Source of the DNA: Acidobacteriota bacterium | Lineage (GTDB): Bacteria; Acidobacteriota; UBA890; WLXD01 | Reading direction: 5' to 3' | Assembly: GCA_965205505.1 (NCBI GenBank) | Contig: CBDBHB010000009.1 | Location: forward strand, 1,056,001-1,120,000 | Length of the DNA: 64,000 nt | Shown here: piece by piece, positions 1-10,206 of the stretch | Position numbering within the stretch: the stretch's first letter is position 1 | Layout: the number at the start of each line of letters is the position of its first letter | Translations under genes and position numbers: made by a program | The notes under the pieces: generated by a model | Database searches by the model: none | Told to the model about the DNA's origin: nothing | What the model saw: only the letters and a program-made list of their open reading frames with translations

Positions 1-12
1 GAGCCTTGTCTC

Positions 13-3000
13 ATGGAGAATCACATGCGCTACAGGCTGGCCATCGCGTGGGCCTCTTTCTTGATCGCCGTCCTGTCCGCCGGGCCGAGCGGGGCACACG
101 TCGGGCCGCCGCCGGCAGCCCTCGATACGGCGGTTCCCGAGGCAATGCTGGCCAGGTTACGCTACCACATGGTGGGCCCGTCACGTGGCGGGCGGGTGAC
201 CGCCGTGGCCGGCCACCGTGCTCAGCCGGGACTCTTCTACATGGGCGCCAGCGGCGGCGGTGTGTGGAAGACAACGAACTACGGCCAGGACTGGTTCCCG
301 GTTTCCGACGGCTACTTCGCCACCGGCTCGATCGGGGCAATCGCGGTTGCCGAGTCGAACCCCGAGGTCGTCTACGTGTCGACGGGCTCCGACGGCCTGC
401 GCAGCAACGTCATCATAGGCAAGGGGGTGTACAAGTCGATCGACGCAGGCGCCACCTGGACACACATCGGGCTCGCGGAGACCGGCAATACGGGGGCGGT
501 GTTGGTTCACCCCCAAAACCCTGACATCGTCTATGTGGCCGCCATCGGCAATCCCTTCGCGTCCAATCCGGAGCGCGGCGTCTATCGCAGCCGCGATGCG
601 GGCGCGTCTTGGGAGCACGTGCTCTTCGTTTCCGACAAGACCGGTGCGGTGGACCTCGAGTTCGCACCGGGTCGGCCCGACATTATCTACGCCAGCACGT
701 GGGAGACCGAGCGCAAGCCATGGACGATCTTGTCGGGGGGTATGGAGGGGGGGGTCTTCAAGTCGGAGGACGGCGGTGACAGCTGGAGACGCTTGACCGA
801 TGGCTTGCCCACCGGGCTGCGCGGCAAGTCCGACCTCGCGGTGTCGGCCGCGGCTCCCGAGCGTGTGTACGTGCTCATCGAGGCACCGGAGTCCGCCGGA
901 GGGGTATACCGCTCCGATGACCGCGGCGAAACCTGGTCGCAGGTGACCGACTACCAGCCGATTCGCAACCGGCCGTTCTACTACTGCAACCTGCACGCCG
1001 ACCCGACCAACGCGGACCGGCTGTGGGGCATGGCGGAGGGGTTTCATCAGTCCGAGGATGCCGGCAAAACCTGGGAGACACGACGTGTGCCCCACGGCGA
1101 CAACCACGACCTGTGGGTGAACCCCGACGACCCGGACATCTGGATTCAGAGCAACGACGGCGGCGCCAACATCACGCGTGACGGCGGCGTCACGTGGTCG
1201 ACGCAGAACAATCAGCCTACCGCCGAGCTATACCAGGTCGATATTTCGGACGAGTTTCCCTATCGGCTATTCGCTGGACAGCAAGACAACAGCACCATCT
1301 CGGTTCCCAGCTTGCCGTTGACCAACCGTGCCGCTGGCCAGCAGGCCTACTGGCAGGAACACGGTGGCTGCGAGACGGGACCGGCCGTGCCGAAGCCCGG
1401 CGATCCCGATATCGTGTACGCCAACTGCAAGGGCCGCTTCGGGGTGTTCAACCGTCGTACGGGCCAGGAGCAACACTATTACGTCGGCTACTGGAACCTC
1501 TACGGCCGCAACCCCGAGGACCTGCCCTACCGTTTCCAGCGCACGGTGCCCGTGCACGTGTCGCCGCACGATCCCGATCGCGTGTATCACGCCTCCCAGT
1601 ACCTGCACGTGACCGACGACGGTGGCGTCACCTGGACAACGATCTCGCCCGACTTGACCGCCTTCGATCCCGAGACCCAGGTGGTCTCGGGCGCGCCGAT
1701 TACGCTGGATGTGACCGGCGAAGAACACTTCAGCGTGCTCTACGAGGTTCAGGAGAGCCCGCACGAGAACGGGGTGATCTGGGCGGGCGCCAACGATGGG
1801 CCGATCCACATAACCCGCGACGGTGGTGCCAGCTGGGAGAACGTCACACCTCCCGAGCTCGCGCGCTTCGGGCGCGTGCAGACCATCGAGGTGTCGCCGC
1901 ACGATCCCGCCAAGGCCTATTTGTCGGTGCTGCGCTATCAGCTCGGCGACTTCGCTCCCTACGTGTTCCGCACCCACGACTACGGGGCCAGTTGGACGCG
2001 CATCACGACGGGCGACAATGGAATTCCGGCGGACCATCCAGTGCGTGTCGTACGCGAGGACCCGGGTCGTGAGGGGCTGCTGTTTGCCGGCACCGAGTTC
2101 GGCATGTTCGTGTCGTTCGACGACGGCGAGCGCTGGCAATCGCTGCAGCTCAACCTGCCGGCAGTGCCGGTGACCGACATCAAGGTGGTCGATGCCGACC
2201 TGGTGCTCTCCACCATGGGGCGCAGTTTCTGGATCATGTACGACCTGTCGCCGTTGCGGCAGATCAGCGACGCTGTGGTGGGGTCGCCCTCGCATTTGTT
2301 CGAGGCGGGCGACGCGGTACGGTTCCGCGGCGGTGGCGGGTTTGCTGAGCCAGGTCCCGCCGACCCGCAGTATCCGCGGGTCGGCGCCAACATCGATTAC
2401 TGGCTGGAGCACGAGCTGCAGGGCGAGCTGACGCTCGAGATACTGGATGCTCGCGGCCGAATAATCCGTCAGCTATCGAGCGTCGAGCCCGGGGAGACGT
2501 TGGTCGTTCCAGAGCCCGGAATGCGCGAGTCGCGTCTCGAGCGCGCCGGCACGCCGCGGCTCGACACGGGCGCTGGGGCGCATCGTTATACCTGGGATCT
2601 GCGCTATCCCGGACCATGGTACGCCGACGGCAACCGGCGACGGCCAGGGCAGGGTGGCCCCATGGTGCCGCCTGGCGAGTACACGGCTCGACTCTCGCAC
2701 GGAGGCTGGTCTTTGAGCGTCGAGTTTGACGTGGTGATGGATCCGCGCGTCGTTGGCGAGGGTATCTCGGCGGCCGACGTACGTGCCCAGGCCGAGCTGT
2801 CGTTGCGGGTACGCGATACCTACGGCGCTGCCAATCTTGCCGTCGCTCGCATCAGCGAGGCGATGGCGAAGGGCGACGACGAACTTGCCGGCGAGCTGCG
2901 TGAGGTGTTGAACGCTTTGGTGGATGCACCCCGTCGCTACTCGCCGGTCATGCTGGTCGACCAGCTTCAATACCTCTACGACAACCTCAACCGCGCCGAT

Positions 3001-3099
3001 CAGCGGCCTGGCGGCGACGCCATCGCACGCCACCAGGAGCTGAAAGCGGAGCTCGACGGCCATCTGGAGCAACTGGAGCGGCTGCTCGGCGAAGGCTGA
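13..3099 (+). CDS. Secreted BNR/Asp-box repeat (VPS10/sortilin-like) beta-propeller glycosyl hydrolase-like protein
   Basis: Signal peptide; GPSRGGRVTAV N-terminal motif; many SxDxGxTW Asp-boxes; 1028 aa. Confidence 0.85.
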   Translation: MENHMRYRLAIAWASFLIAVLSAGPSGAHVGPPPAALDTAVPEAMLARLRYHMVGPSRGGRVTAVAGHRAQPGLFYMGASGGGVWKTTNYGQDWFPVSDGYFATGSIGAIAVAESNPEVVYVSTGSDGLRSNVIIGKGVYKSIDAGATWTHIGLAETGNTGAVLVHPQNPDIVYVAAIGNPFASNPERGVYRSRDAGASWEHVLFVSDKTGAVDLEFAPGRPDIIYASTWETERKPWTILSGGMEGGVFKSEDGGDSWRRLTDGLPTGLRGKSDLAVSAAAPERVYVLIEAPESAGGVYRSDDRGETWSQVTDYQPIRNRPFYYCNLHADPTNADRLWGMAEGFHQSEDAGKTWETRRVPHGDNHDLWVNPDDPDIWIQSNDGGANITRDGGVTWSTQNNQPTAELYQVDISDEFPYRLFAGQQDNSTISVPSLPLTNRAAGQQAYWQEHGGCETGPAVPKPGDPDIVYANCKGRFGVFNRRTGQEQHYYVGYWNLYGRNPEDLPYRFQRTVPVHVSPHDPDRVYHASQYLHVTDDGGVTWTTISPDLTAFDPETQVVSGAPITLDVTGEEHFSVLYEVQESPHENGVIWAGANDGPIHITRDGGASWENVTPPELARFGRVQTIEVSPHDPAKAYLSVLRYQLGDFAPYVFRTHDYGASWTRITTGDNGIPADHPVRVVREDPGREGLLFAGTEFGMFVSFDDGERWQSLQLNLPAVPVTDIKVVDADLVLSTMGRSFWIMYDLSPLRQISDAVVGSPSHLFEAGDAVRFRGGGGFAEPGPADPQYPRVGANIDYWLEHELQGELTLEILDARGRIIRQLSSVEPGETLVVPEPGMRESRLERAGTPRLDTGAGAHRYTWDLRYPGPWYADGNRRRPGQGGPMVPPGEYTARLSHGGWSLSVEFDVVMDPRVVGEGISAADVRAQAELSLRVRDTYGAANLAVARISEAMAKGDDELAGELREVLNALVDAPRRYSPVMLVDQLQYLYDNLNRADQRPGGDAIARHQELKAELDGHLEQLERLLGEG

Positions 3100-3193
3100 G
3101 GTGTGTCTCGTGTCGCGTTGCCGGCCGGTGGTGCGCGATCCGTGCACTGACGAGGACCAACGAGTTGCTGAGGTCGAGCGCGCGGCGCGGTTC

Positions 3194-4612
3194 TCAGGTG
3201 GTTTGGAACGCTCTCGCGCGGTACAGGAAATCGACGATGTTGCCCTCGTGGGGCTGCAACCAATTGAGCTGGACCGTCGGAATGGCGCCGAAGTTCAGCC
3301 GGTCGATGTTCGGGGCGTCCAGCAGGCTTCGGCGGAATCCGGCATCGCCGGTGATGGCAGTGGCCACCAGGGTGTCGCCGATGGCCCCGATCATTTGCTC
3401 CTGTGGGCACTCGACGACGGTCACGAAGGGGAACATGTACTCCTTGCCCGCCATCGGCTGCCCTGCGGTGTCGCAATGGACCACGGTCGGTAGTAGATAG
3501 TCGCAGCGCGCCTGCTCCACTAGCCGGCCGGCGTCGCGATACGACGCGGTGACATCCTCCACGCCCTCGGCGTCGAGATTGGCGTCGATATCCTCCGAGA
3601 TCGCCTTGGCCTGGCCCGGAACGGTGAACGCCGCCAACTGGGCGTCGTCGTTGTCCGGCGGAAGCGCCTCGACAGCGGCCAGGCGTGCGGCCAGGGCCGC
3701 CGCGATCTCACGCGTATGCCGCGACGCCCAGATGCCAGAACAGTTGATGCATGAGCGGCCGGCGTTCACCAGCACCGAATCGACCATGAGGTCGAGGTGC
3801 TGCTCCCAGTTGTCGACCATATCGTCACCGAAGAGGATCTTGCTGAACCCAGGACCGTGCACCTGAATGCCGGGGTGGCCACGGTACTGCTCGACAGTCG
3901 GCAGGCCGCCGAAGATCAGGCTGCGCTCGGTGTTGTTAAGCACCCCGGCGCCCACGTCGGGCCCCCCCGGGTAGACGGTGATCGCTTGACGCGGCACACC
4001 AGCCTCGAAGAACGCCTGCGACATGCGCCAGGGTGTCCAGGGCTCCTGCGGACCGGGCTTCAGCACCAGGCCGATCTGCAGAGGGATGACCGGCAGCCAC
4101 AAGGTGTGTACACCGGGCGAGTTCGACGGCAGCACCATGCCCAGGGCGTTGGTAGTCGATTGGTAGCTACGCATGACCCCGCCCTCCTCGCCGAAGCCGC
4201 GTGCCAGGATGTCGAGATCGAGATGGCGAGTGAGTGACTCGAGGATCTCGTCCATGTGCTCGAGCACGAACCGGAGCTTGTCCATATTCATGCGGCACAT
4301 GTGCTCGGAGAGCCCGGTGGTGGCGGACTGCTGACGCACGAAGTCGGCGGGCGACTGGGTGCCGTCGCCGAGCGGCAGGTCGGCGGTCATGAACAGCTCG
4401 CCAGCCTTCTGCGTCATCGCCAGCAGATCAGATGGCGCCACTTCGCGCAGCACGTTGCGCGCCCGCTGCGCCTTGCGCATGTCGCGCGCAACCATCCCCT
4501 GGCTCGCCTGGCTCACCTTGGCGACGGGCTCGCCGGTGGCGAAGTGGACGACCTCCTCGGTCTCGAGGCTCTCGTATGGCTCGCCCCAACGTAGCACCGG
4601 AAAGTGGATCAT
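3194..4612 (-). CDS. Aldehyde dehydrogenase superfamily protein, LuxC/EhpG-like acyl reductase type
   Basis: PSNSPG, LKPG, catalytic Cys region NAGRSCINCS, EYMFPF; HGPGFSK replaces canonical ELGGK. Confidence 0.8.
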   Translation of the reverse strand: MIHFPVLRWGEPYESLETEEVVHFATGEPVAKVSQASQGMVARDMRKAQRARNVLREVAPSDLLAMTQKAGELFMTADLPLGDGTQSPADFVRQQSATTGLSEHMCRMNMDKLRFVLEHMDEILESLTRHLDLDILARGFGEEGGVMRSYQSTTNALGMVLPSNSPGVHTLWLPVIPLQIGLVLKPGPQEPWTPWRMSQAFFEAGVPRQAITVYPGGPDVGAGVLNNTERSLIFGGLPTVEQYRGHPGIQVHGPGFSKILFGDDMVDNWEQHLDLMVDSVLVNAGRSCINCSGIWASRHTREIAAALAARLAAVEALPPDNDDAQLAAFTVPGQAKAISEDIDANLDAEGVEDVTASYRDAGRLVEQARCDYLLPTVVHCDTAGQPMAGKEYMFPFVTVVECPQEQMIGAIGDTLVATAITGDAGFRRSLLDAPNIDRLNFGAIPTVQLNWLQPHEGNIVDFLYRARAFQTT

Positions 4613-4660
4613 CGGGTTCTTCTCAGCCGGCTCGGGTGATCGGTGGCGTCCGCTTGCGGA

Positions 4661-5773
4661 TCAGTACACGCCCACGGTCGTCGACTTGGCGATGCGCGCA
4701 AAGGGCCGCACGCCGCTGACGCCGTCCCAAGGGTAGCTCTCGTAGGGCTGCTGGCGCTCGCCCTCGTCGCGCTCCAGGAAACGCGGCATGAAGAACTCTT
4801 TGGTGAGCGTGGTCAACATCACCCGTCCAGTCTCTCCATAGGGCACGAGCCGGGTGGCATCGTCGGGATCCACGACCTGCACCGCGGCGCGCGGCTGCGG
4901 TGCGTAGTAGGTGATCCTGTAGCCGTTGTGCGGGCCGCTCGGTGAGCTCGCAGCAAGGCCCATGAGCGTGTTGCCGTAAGTCGGCGTCATGTAGGCACCG
5001 TCGAGCAGCTCTTCGTGCGCGAAGCGATTCCACTGCGGGGTGAACTCGGTGCCACCGGAGAAGATGCCGCTGATGCCGGCCTGGCGAATCGTCGTGCCCT
5101 TGTCCTCGAGGCGCAGTGCCAGAGCCTCGAGCAGTTTCGGGGTGGTAAACAGGCAGCGGATCTCGTGGCTCGACTCGAGGATCGTGATCGCCTGATCGAT
5201 AACGTGCTCCTGGTAGGCCTTGAGATGCTCGCTCCAGCCCTTCTTGATCAGCTTGATCACCCAGCGCGGGTCGAGATCAACACAGAAGCAGATGCCGCCG
5301 CGATGATGCGCCAGGTGCTCCACCGCCAGCCGCAGGCGCCGGGGGCCGCTGGGGCCGAGCATCAGCCAGTTAGCGCCGGGTGGGAAGTGCTCGTCGGGAA
5401 GTGTGTCGGAGAAGAGCTCGTAGTCGGTGCGAAAGTCGTCGATGTTGATGCGGCTCTTCGGCGTGCCCGTCGTGCCACCGGTCTCGAAGGTGAACACCGG
5501 GCGATCGGCGTACGCTTTCGGTACCCAGCGCCGCACCGGGCCGCCGCGCAGCCAATCGTCCTGGAAGTGGCCGAACTTCACCAGGTCGTCGAAGCCGCCG
5601 ATCGTGTCGCGTGGGTCCCAGTCCTGCTGCGCAGCCCACTGCAACCAAAACGGGCAGCCGGTGTCGGGATCGAAATGCCAGGCGATGATCGCGCGCACCT
5701 GCTCATCGAGCGCCTCGCGCGCGGCGGCGACGCGGCCTTCTAGATCGGGCTCCAAGGCCGGGGTGCTCAACAT
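4661..5773 (-). CDS. EhpF/LuxE/PaaK-like adenylate-forming enzyme (ANL superfamily)
   Basis: ETGGTTGTPK P-loop, TYGNTLMG, ERD motif; start could be 5773 or 5815. Confidence 0.7.
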   Translation of the reverse strand: MLSTPALEPDLEGRVAAAREALDEQVRAIIAWHFDPDTGCPFWLQWAAQQDWDPRDTIGGFDDLVKFGHFQDDWLRGGPVRRWVPKAYADRPVFTFETGGTTGTPKSRINIDDFRTDYELFSDTLPDEHFPPGANWLMLGPSGPRRLRLAVEHLAHHRGGICFCVDLDPRWVIKLIKKGWSEHLKAYQEHVIDQAITILESSHEIRCLFTTPKLLEALALRLEDKGTTIRQAGISGIFSGGTEFTPQWNRFAHEELLDGAYMTPTYGNTLMGLAASSPSGPHNGYRITYYAPQPRAAVQVVDPDDATRLVPYGETGRVMLTTLTKEFFMPRFLERDEGERQQPYESYPWDGVSGVRPFARIAKSTTVGVY

Positions 5774-5980
5774 CGGATCTCGCTTCGTTGCGTTGGCGGG
5801 CGGCAGCAGGCTCATCCTAACCCCGCGCGCCGATCCGTGCTGCTGCTAGCAGTGGCTCAGCGTTGATGTCGAGCCTCGTCTGCTGCGTCATCGATGACGC
5901 AGCCCGCACGCTGGTCGAGCAATCGCCATCGTCGAGGAAGGCCAACGCCGCAAATGGCCCCAAATCGCCGTAACCCTGTC

Positions 5981-6015
5981 GCCAGACCCACCACACTTTC
6001 ACCACGGCCTGCTGT
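5981..6015 (+). repeat. Dispersed repeat family B, copy 1
   Basis: GCCAGACCCACCACACTTTCACCACGGCCTGCTG; 23 bp identical (inverted) to 39384-39406. Confidence 0.8.
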
Positions 6016-6379
6016 TCGCAGGCCGCATGCCGGCAGCCTAGCTCAACAGGGGTACCGAGGCAGGGTGCCGAGATTAGCGATCGCTCGAGGCGCGCGGAGG
6101 CGCCAAGGCCAGCTGGCTGCCCGGCAGTAGCTCGACGTTGCGCACTGCGCCTTGCGGCGCGGTGGTCAGCGTCGCGACCGCGTCCGGGTGTTGCAACGGG
6201 CATGTCGGAAAATAGGCGATCGCTGTACCCTGGCCGCCAACCAGCGGCGTCACCGCAAGCTTGCGGGCGATGGCGATCTCGTCGGGCATGATTCCGGTCG
6301 ATCGCACCGCGATCGTGGTCGTGCGGCCCGTCGGCATCTCGGTGATGCGCAGCTCGCTCGCATCGGCCGGCGCCCACAC

Positions 6380-6790
6380 TCATCGTCGACCTTGACCTCC
6401 ACGAAGAAGAGTTCGCCGCGCGCCGCGACGCTTTGGGCAATGGCGTTGAAGAAAACGGCATGAGGTGTCTTCGCGAGGAACGCCGTGCCCGCCTGCCCTT
6501 TCCAGCCGCGCGCCTCGAGCTCGAGAAAGCGTCGGACCAGATCGGGATCCTGGAGATCACGGTGCAGTCGGACTTCGAGCTCGCCAAAGGCCTCCAGCTT
6601 GCGGCGACTGCGACGGTACGCCCGCCGCGTCTTGGGGGACAGGGTCGCGACCCAGTCGCCATCGTCCAGGGCGTTGGTCAACGTCGGCCGCTGGAACTCA
6701 TGGCGTACCCACCAGCGACGACCGCGCTCGTCGAGTCGCTGCCTCAGCAGCAGCCACGCTTGTGAGTCGAGCTCCATATGCCCCCAGCAG
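6380..6790 (-). pseudogene. Internal fragment of a CelD/BcsL-like GNAT acetyltransferase
   Basis: RRSRRKLEAFGEL...FLELEARGWKGQAGTA motif; homology appears lost at both ends. Confidence 0.7.
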
Positions 6791-6829
6791 GCTATCGACA
6801 ACGCAGACCGATCGAGCCAATCCCAGACT

Positions 6830-8340
6830 GCCGCAGCGACCCGCCTGGCTTCTGACGATCCATCGGGGCCATTCTTTTCATCAAACGGTCAGTCGGTGGG
6901 CTTTTCCACGGCCACGGAATTGAAGAAAGTCTCTATCTCCAGCGGTATTGTCCAGACGATCTGTTCCGTCGATGGCGGCCAGGGTGCGAGCTGGAGCCCT
7001 GACGATACGATCATCCTTGGCTCCACTTTCCGTGCCCTCTTTCGCGTGTCGGCCAACGGCGGAGAGCCTGAACCGCTGATTCAAAAACGAGAGATCGCGC
7101 ACGCTTGGCCGCGTGTTCTGCCTGGCGGCAAGTCAGTGATGTTCACATCCGTTTCGGGTAGAGGCTCGGATGCCTACAGCATCGAGGTGCTGAATCTGGA
7201 GACAAAAGAGCGAAAGGTTCTACAGCAGGGCGGTTCTGATGGGCGATACGTGCCTACAGGACATCTGGTGTATTCGGATGACGGAACCCTATTCGCCGCA
7301 CCTTTTGATCTGCGGGAGATGGAGGTGACAGGTTCCGCTAGCCCCCTCTAGAGGGTGTCAGGAGGTACAGCTTCACCAACACGGGAATGCTGGCGTATCT
7401 CCGAGGGGAGATCGTTGAGCCGTATCCGGTGGTGTGGGTGGATCGACAAGGCAACATGACGCCGCTATGGGAGGAGCGTGGCCTCTACGGTGTTCCTCGC
7501 TTGTCACCAGATGGCACACGCCTGGCGATGAACGTCTGGCGCGACAACAACATGGATGTGTGGGTCTATGACCTACAGCGGGGTGGGTCCACCCGGCTTA
7601 CGTTTGATGAAGGACGAGACGACGATCACATCTGGTCACCGGACAGCCAGTATCTGGCATTTTCCTCCACTGCTGGCAACCAGTCGGCGAACATTTATCA
7701 AGTCCGTGCTGACGGCTCGGGAGAGGTCGAACGCCTAACCACAGGCGACGGAGAACACGTTCCTATGGCCTGGTCCCCCGACGGCAAGTTCATCGCATAC
7801 GAGAACTACGGCCCACAGGGCAACGCTGACATTTGGGTCTTGCCCTTGGGGGGAAATCAGGAGCCACAGCTCTTTGCGAACGCTGACGCTTACGAAGGTC
7901 ATGCCGACTTCTCGCCGAATGGCCGCTGGATCGCATACGTCTCCAGTGAGTCAGGAACTGCCGAAATCTACGTGCGTTCCTATCCTCCTGGACCGGGCAA
8001 GTGGCAGGGTTCTGATAACGGCGGCGTTCAACCTAGATGGTCAGCCGATGGTCGCGAGCTTTTTTTCCGCACCAATGACGGAATCATGGTGGTTGCCGTT
8101 GAGACGGAGGGTGACTCCTTTGGACGCGGCGTACCTAAGCAACTTTTTGAGGGGAATTTTCTTGGTGGGATGGCCGGAGTTGTCGTCGGCGGAGAAACCT
8201 ATATGGACTATGACGTCAGCGCCGACGGTCAGCAGTTCGTGATGTTCCCCGACGCCGGCCAGAGCACCCAGACTGGCATGGTGACGCTGGTTATCAACTG
8301 GTTCGACGAGCTGAAGCAGCTTGTGCCGACGGACCCGTAG
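6830..8340 (+). pseudogene. 5'-truncated TolB/PD40 beta-propeller (C-terminal part of an acidobacterial Ser/Thr kinase-propeller type protein), frameshifted near 7345
   Basis: Repeated WSPDG/FSPNG blades; C-terminus NWFDELKQLVPTDP; frames join as ...PL/LEGVRRYSFTNTGMLAY; no kinase domain upstream; visibly lower GC. Confidence 0.8.
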
Positions 8341-8499
8341 CGTCAGCCGAGTCTCGCGAACCCAGCCGCGTGAACGCTACTCCCAAGCTTTGGTAGCACT
8401 CGTTACCGTCTACGAGCGCAAACCATCAAGGCGCTGGATATCGGCACACGTTGAACCGGGGCCCGCATGGGCAGCCTCGGATCTCCGTGTAGCTTCTAT

Positions 8500-9345
8500 C
8501 TACTGAACGGTCCCGCAGATGGCATGGGCTCTGATGTCGATGGAGGTACCGGCTACATTGAGCAGCGTGCACTCCCAGGTGTCGTCGTCCAGTGGGCGGG
8601 CCCTTCTCCAAACCGCTACGCCCGTCGCGTTGTCCGAGGTGCACCCGCCGCCAAGCAGCTTCTTCCCCACAGTACAGTCTTGAGTTGCTGTGCCTATAGT
8701 GCCGTCCGCGACGGTTATTACCCCCGATTCGAGTCTCTCCCAATTGGATACGCCCGGATCACCCTTCGCGCCGTTCGCTCCGGCCGGACCTTGAGCCCCC
8801 GTCGGTCCGGCAGCCCCCGTCGGTCCGGCAGGCCCCGTCGCTCCTGTAAGTCCTGTAGGTCCAGTCGCTCCAGTCACTCCAGTAGGTCTATCGGCTCCGT
8901 CTGCCCAATCCGCCCCGTCTGCGCCCCGGGATCCCCTCGGGCCAGGCGGGCCAGCATCTCCCAGGACCGCGCCTCCGCTGCCGATGAACACGTACCCTAA
9001 GAGGCGATTACCACGGCTGTCGACACCGCACTCGACCGACAGCCGGTGGCCTGCCGGATCCAAGTTGTCGGGTAGGTCCGCGACGATCAGCTCGGGGTCG
9101 CGCAACTGGACTGAGTCGATGTCCAGTTTGATGATGGAGAGCTTCGCAACTGGATTGCGGCAGAAATTCTCGCCGTAGATGAACATCTGCGTCTCATCGT
9201 CGCTGATGTCCACTCTGCGGATGACCGGCGAACCCGCAGAGCCCGATGCAGCTTCCGCCAACACGGGTAGCTCGAACTGCGCCAGCAGCAGGAGCGAGAC
9301 TGCCATGGTGAGCAGTGCCAGAAATGTGGTGATGTACCGCTTCAT
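8500..9345 (-). CDS. Secreted collagen-like (Gly-X-Y) protein with Cys-containing C-terminal domain
   Basis: RBS GGAGG before ATG 9345; signal peptide; GAT/GPT/GPA triplets; GKKLLGGGC motif. Confidence 0.75.
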   Translation of the reverse strand: MKRYITTFLALLTMAVSLLLLAQFELPVLAEAASGSAGSPVIRRVDISDDETQMFIYGENFCRNPVAKLSIIKLDIDSVQLRDPELIVADLPDNLDPAGHRLSVECGVDSRGNRLLGYVFIGSGGAVLGDAGPPGPRGSRGADGADWADGADRPTGVTGATGPTGLTGATGPAGPTGAAGPTGAQGPAGANGAKGDPGVSNWERLESGVITVADGTIGTATQDCTVGKKLLGGGCTSDNATGVAVWRRARPLDDDTWECTLLNVAGTSIDIRAHAICGTVQ

Positions 9346-9565
9346 GGCCGGACCTCCCCAGGTTGATAGCGGCACATGCTGAGGCTCCAGCGGACGCACG
9401 CACAACTCCATGAGAGCAACACGCGATTGCCGGTTTGAGTGCCGCAAGCGTCGGTATACGACCCACGAGCACAACCTATCTGTCGTGTCTACGGCGCACT
9501 AGAGAGAAAGCCGTAAAGAACTGTCAAGCGGCGCGGGCGATAACGGCCAAAGCGACAGCGACCAC

Positions 9566-9621
9566 GTGACGCTGGTCACGGGTTCGACGAGCTGAAGCGG
9601 CTCGTGCCGACGGACCCGTAG
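9566..9621 (+). repeat. Second copy (paralogous remnant) of the propeller gene 3' end at 8281-8340
   Basis: Last 41 nt differ at only 2 positions; encodes FDELKRLVPTDP*. Confidence 0.9.
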
Positions 9622-9818
9622 GGCTACTTCTCCCCAGCAGCCTCCAGGAGCAACGCTAGCTGCTGCTCTGGGATCCGACCAGCGTTAAGTCGGCCAGCGT
9701 GCGGATGTTGCATTGGCGTAGGGCTGAGGATGTCTCCAGCCAGATGCCGTCCAAGTGGGCGATCTGGGTGGTCGGGGGTGAGCTTCATGCGGGGAGCCGA
9801 CTCGTCCACGCTGTCGCC

Positions 9819-9980
9819 GTACCAAATCTGTACCAAAACTACCCCGCAAATCCCCCCAAATCACAGTAATCCAGACGATCCGGAACCATGCTTGTAGACG
9901 CTTTAAGTTGTTGAAATAGTTGAGGATAGGTCAAGCTTCACGGTAGTCCTGTTTCCCCTATACAGTTCTTTACACAACTT
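9819..9980. mobile_element. Putative tyrosine-recombinase attachment (att/dif-like) region
   Basis: GTACCAAA direct repeats at 9819 and 9830; IHF-like TAAGTTGTTGAAA at 9904-9916; core-like TTCCCCTATAC-AGTTCT-TTACACAACTT at 9953-9980. Confidence 0.5.
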
Positions 9981-10206
9981 TGCCCGCCGTCGACGTTGTT
10001 TCTCGGCGCTGTCTGGTCCCATCAATCAAAGGGGATCGAGGAGTGGACGAAAAATCGCTGGATTCGCCGCCGGAAGCCTCTGGACCAGCCGCCCCGAAAC
10101 CCGGGGCGGTCGCCACTGGTCCGGAGGCTTCCAAGGCGGAGGGTCCGGCGACGATCGCTTCCGGCGGCACGACGAGGAACGGCCCGAGGCCTCGCGGAAC
10201 CGGTAA

